The position numbers were made by a program, and so were the translations under genes. Below are positions 24,671 through 41,078 of a stretch of 64,000 bases of DNA, in pieces. This stretch comes from the human T2T-CHM13v2.0 reference genome, Homo sapiens. The DNA lies in NCBI RefSeq assembly GCF_009914755.1, contig NC_060943.1; one strand, written 5' to 3'. The notes beneath the pieces are model-generated. The model saw only the letters and a list, made by a program, of their open reading frames with translations, was not told where the DNA came from and ran no database searches. How positions within the stretch are numbered: the stretch's first letter is position 1; each line of letters begins with the position of its first letter.

Positions 24671-27234
24671 ATCTGACTCACTATTTTGAATCAAACTCTT
24701 CAGTTTCTCCATCAACTTAGCTGGCAGCTCCTGTCCCCAGCAGCATCAGAGGCCCCATGAAAAGAGCTCCAGCAGGGGCTCAGCCTGCATGGGTCCCATG
24801 CGGCAGCCTCAGTGTCAGAGCCTGGATGGCAGGTGAGGCTCCAGTGACACAACCACAATGTGAAAGTGTAAGAGTTTTTAACTACTTATAGATACTGGAA
24901 AGCACAGGGCACACCTGGAGACCACAGACACTGGGGTCAGAGAGCCCAGGCAGGGAGGAGAGAAGGGAACTGTAGGCCAATGGCTTTATTGGGTCTAGGG
25001 TGTTATTGACAGGTTTCCAGAAGGGAGCTTTAATGGGTGTGTTTAAAGCAGGCAAACACTGGGGCAAGAAGATCACACTGTGACTGAGAGGTGGTCACTT
25101 TAAATTGGAGGGCGAATGTCACAACTGTTTCAGTTTAAAGGAAGCAGCTGGCGAGAGGGGAGCCCAGCACACTATGCAAGAGAGATGCCTCTAAGATTTT
25201 ATCTGTGGCCACCGACTGGAGCCATTTGGACCGGGTACAGCAGTGGAAACTCTGTGATGGTGACAAACATGGGAATCACTCTGATGTGACGCAGTTAAAT
25301 TTACACCTTAAAAAATGGATGCCAAGACAACATAAACAAGACCCAGGGACACCAACAGGGTATGGTGCTGTGCCCCAGAGTCAGGGTCCTGGGTTCTTAC
25401 CCAGGGAAGTGAGAAATAAAGATAACTTTTCCCTGCTCCCTCTCTCCTCCCCTGACACTGATCTTCCCACCCTGTACCTCCCTCTTCTGCTCCCAAACCC
25501 CCACCCAGTGCTCAGTCGCAGACATCACTGCCTGCAGGGCATGCACAGTGCAGCCCATTGCACACAAACTACAAACTCACAGAAGGTGATGACAATTTGT
25601 GTTTGGGACGTCTGATTGTGAAAGAGGGAGGACAGCGTACTTGCAGCCACAGAGACTGAAACTGGAACGTGATGGAACGGGGCTGGAACGTGATGGAGCT
25701 CTGACATAACAGACGTGTGACTTTGTGTGAAATGTGCAGATCCATGTGGAATAAAACACAGCCTAGCCTGTGGCTGCTGCCGTCCACATTTCCCTCATCT
25801 TCCAACAGAAGTCAGCAGGGTCCCTCCCAGCCTGGAACCTCCCTAGAGACTGCTGACCTCCCTTGGCAGGGCCCACAGGCCAGCAGGGTCCGCCCTCACC
25901 AGGGTCACTTGGCCCATGTCCTCCTTGCTCCTCCAAGCTCCCCACCCAAGTCTGTCAGCTTTTCCCTGCAGCCCAGCGGCCACCCACCTGAGGCCACTCT
26001 CTCTGCAGGCAGCTCCTGCCCCCACACCCCATTTTTCCTGGGGCAGTGCTGGTGCATGTGATGCCACACTGGGCACTTTCCCATCGTGACCTCCTTCCAT
26101 CCTCATCAACTCCTTCTGTGACTGCTCCCTAAATGCCTGCCCCTGCTCCATCTTTCCTGTTCTCTGGGGCATTCCAGGCTTCCAGAACAGCATCTGCCTG
26201 AGTGCCCACAGTACCAATGGGAATCAACCAGACACCCTGTAACCTGCCCTCTGCACCCTAGGAGGCTCAGAGCACATGTGACGGTCACACACAGGCACCA
26301 TCTGGGATTTGTCCACCTGTCCCCTGCTGTCCCTCATGAAGTCAGGAGGGAGGACAGAGCTCTCCGGTGTGTATGGGGTGGGGAGTAAGCATGAGCTCCC
26401 TGGGTTAGAACACAACCCACCTTCACCCGCCCTCTTAGGTGTGAGCACCGTCCTCCCAGATGGGCTATCTGACCACTACCTGTGCTTCCTCTACACAAAG
26501 GGGCTTGACCAGGTCCAAATCCTCAGGACAGACCCCAGGAGATGTCAACATGAAAAGGGCTGAGCACATCCTGGCTTCAGAGTAAGTCGGGACTAGTGTC
26601 TCCAGCTCAGAGCCCCTGCTATGTCCCAAGCTACCTCTCCTAGGTCTCAGAGAGCTGTGTCCTACAGGGTCCCTGGGCAGCTCCCCACTCCTTGCTCTGC
26701 CAGCCATGGGGAAGGTGGGGTGACCACAGGACAATCAGCCATGCAGAGGACAGAGGACACCCAAGATGGTCAGGGAGGACATGGAGGAGCCTGAACCCCA
26801 GCTCAGCCACCAGACTCCAGGGAGCAAGAGAGTGGCTGAGACTTGTCCCTGGTGACCACGAGGTTCACAGCCCCCAGTGAATAACCAGCACAGGCCTCTC
26901 CTCCCAGGAGACATAAGAGATTAACCCTGTACACCTCCAGGAAGGACAGTTCCCTCTGGAACACTAGGGTCCTGAAAGTTTATCCTTGGAAGCTGCAGGA
27001 AGCTTGACACAATTAGAGAAAGGGAGGGTCCTTCTCGCTAGCCAGCACTCAGCTCACCCAAAGCACAGTAGGGGTGTCCTCGTGACAGGGTCCTGGTGCA
27101 GCCTGTCCTCCTGCTCTGAAGGGAAGAGACAGATGGGGATGGGAGAGGGCAGGGGGAGTGACTGTGCACCCCAACTTGGAGCCATGAAAATGGCTGAATG
27201 CTGAGGGTCCAGGGCTGGGCTCACCCAGCCTACA

Positions 27235-27616
27235 AAGTGTGTGTGACTGTGAGTGTCTGTGTCTCTGTGTGTGTGTGTGTGTGTCTTTGTGTGTGTGTGT
27301 GTGTCTGCACATAATGTGTGTAGAGGTTGGGTGAGAGAATCACTGGTGAAAGAGGCAGAGGACTCAGCAATTCTGAGAGGCTTGAAACACAGACAGAAGG
27401 GGAAGGGGAGGGAGGAAAAAGGGGGCAGGACTGAGAGGGGAGGGGACAGGGAGGTGTCCTGGGCACAGACCCCGCCCATGAGCCTGAGAAATGCTCCTGC
27501 CCTGGGAAGAGGCTCAGTGCAGAAGAAGGAAAACAGCACAGCTGACAGCTGTGTTCAGAAAGTTTCTGGATCCCATGCTCATCTCCACAAAGGAGGACAA
27601 GCAGGCAGCAGAGACC
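27235..27616 (+). promoter_or_regulatory. CEACAM/PSG-type promoter/5'UTR of copy 2 with (TG)n tract
   Basis: (TG)n at ~27237-27305; GC box CCCCGCCC near 27470; typical ...gcagcagagaccATG context. Confidence 0.65.
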
Positions 27617-27680
27617 ATGGTGATTTCCTCAGCTCCTCCCTGCAGATGGCATGTTTCCTGGCAGAGGCTCCTGCTCACAG
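27617..27680 (+). pseudogene. Leader exon of copy 2
   Basis: 64 nt, MVISSAPPCRWHVSWQRLLLT, GT donor. Confidence 0.95.
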
Positions 27681-28557
27681 GTAGGTGAAGGAAGGCCTTC
27701 CTGGGAGAGGACGGGAGGAGGAAGCACAGTGACTGGCTGGGGTCTCCTGGAAGGATGGGGCTCTGAGAGGGGACAGAGGGCTTCTGTTGGAGTCTGAATA
27801 GGTAAGAAGATACAGAAGAGGGACAGGGGTCAAAACAAAAAAAATCACATTGATCTGGAATAGGTAAGAAGCAGGAAAATCTCAAGTGTTTTATTTTCCT
27901 GGTTAATCTTCACTGGCCACTATATTTTGAAAAATGATATTAATAACTATGTCAGATGACACTTCACATAAAAACATAACCAGGGCATGAAACATTGTCC
28001 TCAGCCACCAACCCCAGAAATTGGAGCGTAAACCCCGGGATGTGTATAGCACTGGGAACGCTCATGAACTCATCCACAGGAGTCTACAGACTGTCCCAGG
28101 CACTGGGATGCAACCAAGATCACACAAGCCCCTGTCCTCACAGAGCTCACACTCTCCTGGGGAGGAAGACAGACATACAAAGAGATCTAGAATGTGAGGT
28201 TAGGTGTTGACAAGAGCTCTGGAGGGAGCAGAGCAGGGAAAGGTCAGAAAGGGAAGACCCAGGGTCTCTAGAAGAGGCTTCAGGGAAGAAGTCTCCCAAG
28301 GACATCCTGATGTGAGCAGGACCTGAGGGCAGTGGGGAGGGAGCCATGCAGACTCCTGGGGAAGAGGATTCCACACAGGGAAATGCCAAGGTCAGAGGTG
28401 TTGAAAAAATCAGGGTCATGCTTCTGACCTTGACCCAGTAGGATACACACACACTCTAAGGTGGAGGGTTGAAGAGACCTTCTCAACACCCAGGGTCCCA
28501 TCTTTTGATACCAATAGATAGGTCCCCAAATTGTCTGATGCTCTCTCCCCTTCCTAG

Positions 28558-28917
28558 CCTTACTTTGAATTTTCTGAAACCTGCCTACCACTGCCCATGT
28601 CACTGTTGAAGCCCTGCTGTCTGATGCTGCAGAGGGGCAGGAAGTTGTTCTACTTGTTTATCATCTGCCCCAGGATTGTCTTGGCTACAACTGGTACAAA
28701 GGGGACCAAGTGGCTGCCAACCACCAAATTATAGGATATGTAATCGACACTTAAGTAACTACCCCAGGGCCTGCATACAGTGATCAGGAGACGATAAACT
28801 TCTATGCATGCCTGCTGATCCATAACGTGACCCAAAATGACACAGGATTCTACACCCTTGAAGTTATAAAGCTAAATCTTATGAATGAAGAAATAACCAT
28901 ACAATTCAGCTTACGCC
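28558..28917 (+). pseudogene. N (IgV) exon of copy 2
   Basis: 360 nt, ag|...|gtgagt; stops TGA 28566, TGA 28575, TAA 28752; motifs YNWYKG and [12 protein letters not shown]. Confidence 0.95.
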
Positions 28918-30908
28918 GTGAGTGATTCCTTATGTCCTCTGGGTGTTGGGGTTCAGTTCTACCTCACACACACAGGATTGTCAGGCCTGAGCTGTGCCTT
29001 ATTTCCCTCTGCATTATGTCTCATTTTAGGGTTTGGACATTAGTGCAGGACACACAGAGGGGAGACAGACTTCAGCAGATCAGAATTCCTTTCCTGCATC
29101 CAGATCCTGGAGACATTCACTGTACAGAAAGGACAGTCTGATGTGGGGACTCAGCCGGAGATCAGTCTCAGCCAAGCACCTCATGCCTCCCCCATGGACC
29201 TGACTCTGAGAAAGACCCTGGAGCTGGGCCAAGGCCTGGCCTGAGGGACACCCTGGGATTCTCTTAGAGAAGCTCAGCCCTGAAGGCCCCAGCTCCAGAC
29301 TTGTGTCTCAGGATCCTGACTCCACGTGACCCTGGGGAGCCTGTGCCAGGCCTGGGTTGTAGCTTCCTGGGCAAGGCTTACTGGAAGCAAATATTTACCA
29401 GCTGTCCACAGGCTGTGGCTCCTAGAGCTGCTTACCAGCTATGGTTTAGCTCCAGAGCCTCATCTGGGCAAGGACAGAGCCTTCTCCACCTGAGACTCAG
29501 AGTACAGAGGACAGAGGGACAAGCTTCTTAGTCCATCAGCCAGCTGCCCTGGGAAGCTTAGTAGACTCCATAGAAAGTTCAGTGTCCCCAGGGACAGAAA
29601 CAGAAGAGAGAAGATGTTCCTAGCATCCCTTGTTCACAGGGATCAGGCCTATGGGTAGCCTCTCATGGAGGCAAATAATAACAAATGCTGTTTGTATGAA
29701 CACTTCTTCTGTGCCAAGCATTAGGTCAGATGACTGTGAATGATTTAAAGTTCATTCACCAACAACATAGCAAGCCATACACCACTTGCCATTTAGCTTA
29801 TTTGACTGAGAGAAAACTAAGCCACAGGGAGACACAGTCACCGAACCAGAGTCACACAAACATGAGGGGCAGATCAGAGTCACATGACCCTCTCCTCCAG
29901 CAGAAGTGGGGGCTTATTGGTTTCCAGGAACCCCCACCGTCATCCATTGGCTCACATCCTTTCTTCTTTGGCATCCAAACCTCAGAGGAGTGAGAGTAAA
30001 TGGACAACCGATTAGTCTGTACTCCAGAACTAAATCACCTGCTTCAGCTATCAGAGTCAGTGCGAGGAATGTCCAGACTTCCTCCTCAGATCCTAATCTC
30101 CCTTACTGCACCTGAAATCCTGTGTTTTTCAGAGTGTCAGTGTCACTCTCATGGGAGGCTAAAGGAGAAGACTTTGCTTTCTCTCCCCATTCACACCCTG
30201 TGCCAGCACAGGCCCAACGTGAGACACACACTCTAGTTCTTGTATGAAGGATAGAGGGATTGAATGAAGTATCCATAACCTCTTTAGAGACTGGATCCTG
30301 GATGCAGAATCCTAATATAATAGAAATTGCTGGCCGTACCCATTCCCTGTTTCTCAGGGGCTGAGACCCATGTTCCATCCCTCTGAACCCCTGCCCCTAA
30401 AGCCATCCCACCTCCTGTGACTCTGGAGTTCCTTGGCCATGGGAGGGTTTTCAGGGCTCCCTGGTCCTGGTCTGGAGCACTAGGTGCACCTGGTCCCTGG
30501 AGTCACTAAGGTCATTGTAACCCCCACTGCTCACTGACATGGGTGTTTCTGGCTCTCTCTGCTCCTCTGTGTCTCTCATCTTCTTTCTCCTTAATTTTAG
30601 CTGCCATGCCCTGTCCTGCACAGCCTCCTCTACCCTTGGGACTCCCCCCGACATTCCCTCTAAAAAGGCTGATTGTTCTGTTTCCCTTCCTGCTTACACC
30701 GTGGCCTGGCTCAGCTCCCAGGAAATAGGAAAGGCACATAAATTCAGCTGGATCTGCAGGCCCTGCTAGGCTCCATCATGAACCAGTGTCCCCAGGTCAC
30801 CAGGAGAATGAGCTTCCATTGAGTCCCCATCCAGGGCTCTTTCCGTTTATGAGGCCAACATGTGGAACAGGCCACTAGACAGGGATGAACAGCTCCTCTA
30901 TCGACTCT

Positions 30909-31669
30909 TATAATCACCTGACAAGTTCTTCTTGCCCGACTGCACAGACAAAACCAATTTATTGAGATGGTGATTTGTAGAAAAGGAAGATTTTAATTAC
31001 TCTGTTTGCCAAGCAGGAGGACAGAGGTTATTATGACTCAAATCAGCCTCCCCAGTTGCTCAGAGGTTATAGTTTTTCAAGCATAGTTTCAGTGGCAGAG
31101 GTCTAAGGAATGGGTACTGCTGATTGCTCAGGTATGAAATCATGAGGATGGGGAAAATGGCCTGTATTTTCTGAATCCACCTCTGAGTGGAGGCCACATG
31201 ACTGGTTGAGCCATTAGTCATGGGTCTGGATGAGGTCAGCTGGTTTCCAGGATGCAAAAGTCTGAGAAACATCTCAAAAGATAAATCTCAGTTTCTACGA
31301 TAGTGATGTTTTCTATAGGAGCAATTAGGGGAGTCACAAATCTTGTGACCTCTGTACACATGAGTCCTGAGCAGTAAGGGATTGCAGAAACTGCCTACAG
31401 TTTAGCAGAATTTGGGCTGCTCCTGTAATCCTAATCTCATGGTCTTTCATTAGTTTTAGAAAGCCAGTCCCTGAGCAAGGAGGGAGTTAGTTTTAGAAAG
31501 GGACTATTATCATCCTTGCTTCAATGTTAACCTATAAACTAAATTCCTTCCAGTGTTAGCCTGGCTTATTTCCAGGAATGAGCAAACACATCCAGTCAGG
31601 ATAGAGGCCAGATGGAGTCAGCCATGCTAGCTTGCTCCCACTGTCCTAATCTTTGCAAAGGTGATTTCA
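30909..31669 (-). mobile_element. LTR8B-like solo LTR in intron 2 of copy 2
   Basis: 761 bp, 4-bp TSD CTCT (30905-30908 / 31670-31673); reverse-complement paralog of 2379-3139. Confidence 0.8.
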
Positions 31670-31829
31670 CTCTCTACATTGACTCAGCAGGGGGGTCAGA
31701 GGCAGGGGTACAGGTCTGCAGTCCCCAAAGCCCACGGGCTCCTTTCATCCATTTCACTTATGACTCCATCCTCATCCTGCTAGCTGTGAGGCTCACATCC
31801 TCCAGTCATTTCCTAGAGACTTCTGGTTT

Positions 31830-32990
31830 CCTGTCAGGCCTATAGCAAGCTTGAAATTTGTCACTCAGTTCTAACAACAAGTAAAAAGCTGAACAAACTC
31901 AAAAATCAACAACTCTTTTAGATCCCACAGAGAAGTGAGGTCTCAATGCTAACTGACCCATATATTGAAGAGACCAACAGGCAAAGACAGACAACACACT
32001 TTACCTGAGCAGAAACCCCTGGCACAGAAACCTCAGTGGGAACCAGTACTGGGGTCAGAAAAACCTGAACTGTCACTAATGAATTGCTGGAGGGTCAGTG
32101 TGAACAAGATCCAGAGTTAAACACTCAGGGGAATGGATTACTTCTGGGGGTAGGGGGACATGTTTGTGACTCTTAGCTTCTGGAGCACTACCAGGTTCCT
32201 ATAGTAATACCCAGTAAAAATCAGCTCATCCTTCCTGCAGGGGAAGGGGAAAAGAAACCACTTTGAAAGATGCCAGTGAATTCTATTCTGGGCAAGACCT
32301 GCCTTTAAGAGAAACTATTTTACCAGAGTCTAATCAGCTGGGGTTTGATAGGAGCCTTAAATGCCCTGGGGAAGGGGAAATAGCCAACTCTAGCCCCCTG
32401 TAGCCATCATGTCCCACCTAAGGGAAAGAAAAAACTGAGAGGCACTTACAGCATTCACAGCCCAGGACACAGCTCTAATGCAATACCACAGAACCCTTCC
32501 CTCCATGGCATCACTGAATGCCTCACTCACCACAGCATCACTGAATGCCTGCTCACCCAAGTTTCTTTTACCCAGTACATCATGTCTGATTTGCAAAAAA
32601 ACCATACAAGGCAGACTAAGAGGCAACATTAGACACTATGCAGAAACAGATGGGTGACATAAGTAGAGAGATGGATATTCTAAGAAAGAACCAAGAGAAG
32701 TGCTAGAGATAAAAAACACTGTAAGAGAAATGAAAAATGCCCTTGATAAGCTTTTGAAAGTGTGTATACTGGTAGGCTTAACACAGCTGAGGAAAAGATC
32801 TTTAGCTTTATGGTGTGTTAATAGAAACTTCAAAAACTGAAACAGTAAAGTTTAAAAAGAGTGACAAAAAAGTGGAAGAACATATTCAAGTTCATACTGA
32901 ATATTTTGTATTGACAATAGCATATTTTATGTTTTGTAGTTGTGGGACAACTACAAAGGCTGTAACATACACATAATGGGAATACTGGGA
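31830..32990 (+). mobile_element. Old L1M 5'/ORF1 fragment
   Basis: A-rich ORF1-like coiled-coil coding remnant at ~32680-32990. Ends approximate. Confidence 0.6.
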
Positions 32991-33684
32991 CCAGGCAGAG
33001 GTGGCCAGGTGGGTGCTATCTGATGGGCTTACTGCCTGTTTCACACACATCTGTGTCCTCATCGTGATGCCATTGCCATAAGGTGGGGTCTTTCAGGTGG
33101 GGAGATGCACAAGCCACTGGCATCTTACTTAGACTCTGCCCAGTTTAAACGAACTTAAACTCTAGTTGTGTTTCCTGAGGTCTAGGGAAAATGAGGAAAG
33201 CATTTCACATGCCTGTTTCAGGCTCTTCCCCATTTTTCCTAAGTCTGCACAGGAATTAGGGATAGGGAGGTCTTTCTAAATTTGCTAATATAACACACAT
33301 TGCTTCTCCTAATTCGGCATCTTTCCTCCCTTTATGTATTGTAATTGACACACATAAGACTTCTTCTTTGACTGGTACTGTCCTCCTAACAGGAACCATG
33401 AGCCTCTCTCTATTCAGGGAGTTGCTAATTTCAAACCACCTTCAGCATCTTCCTTTGAGCATAATGCCATCCTGCTGGAATTCACAGCACACCTTAACCT
33501 TATTTTGGTATCTAGAGAAATACTACTTCCATCAATCGAACTTAGATATTTGCACTATTAATAACAATTTCTACTTATGGAAAAAATTTAATGTTTCCTC
33601 CAATTTTTTTTTGTTACTATAGTCAGAACATAACATGAGTTCTAAACTCCGGACAAAATTTTAAGGGCAGATTACAGTATTACA

Positions 33685-33918
33685 CATGGAGCTCCCCAAA
33701 TTCAAAAATCCAAAATCTGCAATACTCCAAAATTCAACATTTATCAGCTGCTGATGTAATGCTCCAAAGAAATTCTCACTGGAACACTTTGAATTTTAAA
33801 ATGTTCAGATTCAGGATGCTAAACCAGTAAGCATACTACAAATATTCACAAATCTAAAAAAGTTAGAAACCCGAAACACATTTGGTCTTAAGCCTTATGC
33901 ATAAGAACTACTCAGTCT
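33685..33918. mobile_element. Tigger4/MER46-like DNA transposon
   Basis: aaaatccaaaatctgcaatactccaaaa...aaacccgaaacacatttggtc pattern. Confidence 0.7.
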
Positions 33919-35061
33919 TAATGAACTGTAGGAACCAAGCTGTACAGCAGATCTCTAGAACCTCCTCATCTTGCATAACTAAAACTGCATATCCATTGAA
34001 AAACTCCCTATTCACTTCAGTCCCAGCTCCTGGCACCCACCATTCTACTCTCTGATTCACTCTGGAATCCACTTATATGAGGTCCCTAGAGTAGTCAAAC
34101 TCATGAAATCTGAGTGTAGAATGTCCAACAGGAGAAAATATTTGCAAAACTTCCTCCCAAATTTCTGTCTCATATTCCATCAAACACACATGGTCCATGA
34201 GGACCAGATTTCCAACAGTTCATGTTCCCTGTCTCCACCAGTCAGTTCTGCATTTGCAAACATCCACATGTATTTCTAGAAAGATCCACATGGTCCTCAC
34301 CTGCCCTCTGCAAAGGGAGAGGGAACATCAAAAACCCAGGAGGGGGAATATGTTTCTGCTCCAAAGCCACCAGCTTTTGCTTGTCCTCTTCACTCTTTCT
34401 AGATCATTCTTTAGACTCTGCTCTATCTTCAGAGGTCACTGGTTCAAGTCATTCACCATGAAATATTTGGTGAAAATTGTTCCACCTAGTGGCTCCACTG
34501 CCTGATGACTGAATTGGCCTCCAGGCTTGCCCCTGGTCTCTTCTGTGTTAATTCTACTAAAACATCCAGTCCCAGGCTAAGGACAGTGAAAAGTCCCATT
34601 GTCACCCATCTCTAAGATGCTCTTGGAAAGGGAAGCCACAGAGAAAACAACTGGGTGGTGGTGGGTGGGGGTGGGGGGCAAAGTAGGACTGTGAAGCTGG
34701 AAGGAGCACAGCACCTGCACATTCCAGGTGTGGATACCAAGGTGGGCCAGGCAGGCAGCAAGTCAGGGAGGGACCAGGAGAGGCACCAGGAGCGGTGACT
34801 TCTGCTTTTGTGTTTATCCATGACCCAGTGCTGCTGCTCAATTTATACTTGAGAAAGCCTGTGCTTCTCTAAGACAGAGCAGGCAGACTCATGGTCTCTG
34901 AGCCCTCAGATCATCATGCATCTGTCTTGTGACACACACACCTGCCATGGGTTTTTAAAGAGTTGGGTGGGCTGAGAGGTGGGAGATGCCAACTCTGATT
35001 GAAAGATGCCCATGGGGGAATCAAAGGTGCCACGCAGGGCAATCTTCTGTTATCTGCACAG

Positions 35062-35340
35062 CAGAGCTGTCCAAGCCCTCCGTCACCAGCAACAACTCCA
35101 ACCCCATGGAGGACAAGGATGCTGTGGCCTTAACTTGTGAACCTGAGACCCAGGGCACAACCTACCTGTGGTGGGTAAATGGTCAGAGCCTCCCGGCCAG
35201 TTCCAGGCTGCAGCTGTCCAATAACAACAGGACCCTCACTGTACTCAATGTCACAAGGAATTACACAGGACCCTATAAGTGTGAAATCTGGAATCGAGTG
35301 AGTGTCAGTCACAGTTACCCTGTCACCCTGGATGTCCTCT
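35062..35340 (+). pseudogene. A (IgC2) exon of copy 2
   Basis: 279 nt, open: ELSKPSVTSNNSNPMEDKDAVALTCEPE...GPYKCEIWNRVSVSHSYPVTLDVL; donor context altered. Confidence 0.95.
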
Positions 35341-35668
35341 GTAGCCCAGGCTGCCAACCCAAATTGACATGGCCAGAATCCAGGCCTCTCAGTCCTTCTC
35401 AGGTCCAAGAACAGAGACTCTCAGCCCTGGATATCAAAGCTGTCCATGACTGCCTGCCCCAGGCAAATTTTGGTAGGCCCAGCCTTAACCAAGAATAAGA
35501 GAGGAATGGGATGCTCCTGTCACAGGAGACTTGAGGTCCCCAGTTTGTGATGGGGAAACAGGTGGATGTCTCAGACTCCAGCTCAGTGGACACAGCAGGA
35601 GTTTGGTTGGGACTTAAGGATTCTTCTTCTTTGGCTCAGAGGGACACTGTGGCCTTTCTACAGACCAG

Positions 35669-35825
35669 GAGTATTCTTGGCTTATCAATGAAAAGCTCCA
35701 GCAATACACACAAGAGCTCTTTATCCCCAAAATCACTGCAAAGAATAGCGGGGTCTATGCTTGTTTTGTCCGTAACTCAGCCACTGACCTCAGTAAGTTC
35801 ACAGTCAAGAGGATCACAGTCTCTG
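35669..35825 (+). pseudogene. 3' half of B (IgC2) exon of copy 2
   Basis: EYSWLINEKLQQYTQELFIPKITAKNSGVYACFVRNSATDLSKFTVKRITVS; 5' half and acceptor missing; donor ATAAGT. Confidence 0.9.
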
Positions 35826-36649
35826 ATAAGTGGATCTCTGCATCATTGGCAATATGTTTTTGGGTGGAGTCTATCTGGCTTTTAGAGATCAGTGAGGAAA
35901 AATATTTTATTCTCAGTCAATGTCCAATGGACAAAAGGAAATCCCAAATTTTTCTCTTGGACCCTCCCGATGCATCTATATGACTCCCTGCCCCTTGTTT
36001 TTCTTTCTCATGGCTGCCCTTGGGTCCAGCCTGAGAAATATGTCGAGGGGGCTTTGTCAGCCCCAGAGCACTTCACTGAGGGGGAAGGAGGAGGATTCTC
36101 AAGGCCACGTTGCTTCTCTCTATTACCAACACATTTTTTTTTCTGTTACCTCTTTGTTTTCTTTTACCTACTCCTTGAGCTACAAGGAACATCTGAAGCT
36201 TTGAAACAAGCTCACACTTTTTCCCAAATGAGAGGAGGACGCCCCTTGGATGAGGAAGAAGCAGCTCAGACTCTGCTCTCTGCTCTGCTTCAGGCTCACT
36301 TGGTGACTGGCCCTGCCCTGACTCCACCTGGTGTGAGAACAGGGTGGTGGAAAAGGTGCCTGGGTGGCCTGTCCCGAATCTGGCTAAATCTAGCTGCCAG
36401 CAGAAGCAAAGCCTCCCCCAGGTTAGGCTGCAGGGAAATGGGAAGAGAGGGAGCCTCAGGGCAGACTCCTGAGCTGTGTCCTGGCTCTGAAGTCACTGGC
36501 TGTATGAGGCTGTGGGCACAGCACATGGGACACAGCACAGAGGACAGTGAGTGATATGCAATGGAAACATTTGGAGATTAACCCTTGGGGGCAGGGAAGG
36601 GGCAGTGTCAAAAAGTGTGTATTTGTAGAGAGGGTAAGGCTACCAGGCA

Positions 36650-36651
<2 letters not shown>

Positions 36652-36697
<46 letters not shown>
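36652..36697. repeat. (TA)n microsatellite
   Basis: About 23 perfect units. Confidence 0.97.
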
Positions 36698-39975
<3,278 letters not shown>

Positions 39976-40454
39976 CAAAATTCTTAAGTTATCTGAGCTT
40001 CTGACTCCTCAATTGAAAATTGCAGTAACAGCGCTTTCTTTATACTATTGTTTTAAAGGTTTAATGTAATCATCAATTTAACCTTCAGAAAAATGCCATG
40101 CACGCAGCAAATGGTTAATGTTAGCTGCTATATTACTACTATTATCATTAGCTTTGAAGTCAGGTAATCCTAGAATCAAATCTTAGATTCACTTCTCACT
40201 AGCCATATGACATCTGAAAAGTTTTTTCACTACTCCAAGCCTCTGTCTTTTCATCTGTAAAATGGAAGTAATGTCTACCAGGCAGGTTTATTGTATGAAT
40301 CAAGTAAGATACAGGCAAAGTACTTAGCACAGAATCCGGCACATAGGAATTGCCCCTCAGTCATAGCTAACATAGCATTATTCATCAGCCTGAGTTGACT
40401 GGTAAGGGCTAAAAGTAAATGGTTGCAACAAAAATAAAGAAACATACGCCAAAA

Positions 40455-40455
<1 letters not shown>

Positions 40456-40492
<37 letters not shown>
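40456..40492. repeat. (TG)n microsatellite
   Basis: About 18 perfect units. Confidence 0.97.
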
Positions 40493-40496
<4 letters not shown>

Positions 40497-40522
40497 GGTA
40501 TTTTATGTAAATACAAACACAC

Positions 40523-41078
40523 TGTTGGAGACCAGCCTCAACACCACCCGTAGGGTACCTGAAGTCTGGTGGCGACAAAGGAATGAGCAGAGACAGGTTA
40601 AGAGTTCATAAAGGTGGGAGCCAGGGGGCCAGTTGCAAAATGGAGGCTGCAAAAGGTGCCAAGCTCTGGTCTCCATACTATTTATTGAGTACAATTACTT
40701 AGATCTAAGAAGCAGATGTTCAGGGCAAAACAGTGAAAGGGAGGCAGTATGTCATAGGTGTAATCTATAGCAATAGCAGTTTAAATGAATCTCCTTTGCG
40801 CTCAAACAGCATATCTTTAACTTATCGGAGAGTAGCTAGTGGGAGTGGGCTTAACTGGGAACCTGCATGTCTGTCCACATTCCAGTGTTTCAAAGGAGTG
40901 TCTTTCTCCTTGAACACAGTGTTTATAGATAAGAAAGCAGGTCTCACTCTGAACATGGGAATATGATGGCAATTAGGAGGCTTTCCTCCTCAGAGGCCTC
41001 TTGTGGCTTTCCACAGCTTATTGTCCCATATTTTTGTGGCCAGTTTATACAGGCACCCCACAATCCCTTTTCCCAACA
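40523..41078 (-). mobile_element. ERVK/HML-class (LTR14-like) solo LTR
   Basis: tgttgg...ccaaca termini; CACAC flanking repeat; minus-strand AATAAA near 40681. Confidence 0.75.

Noticed and set aside
32509-32558. 27-bp tandem duplication (catcactgaatgcct...)
   Set aside because: Ordinary slippage within an old L1; no further structure.
34986-35498. 170-aa ORF containing a full Ig domain as a possible functional gene
   Set aside because: An isolated pseudo-exon with intronic extensions; no signal peptide, and the upstream N exon has three stops.
35892-36554. 220-aa ORF
   Set aside because: CEACAM intron sequence, GTG start, no domain similarity recognised.
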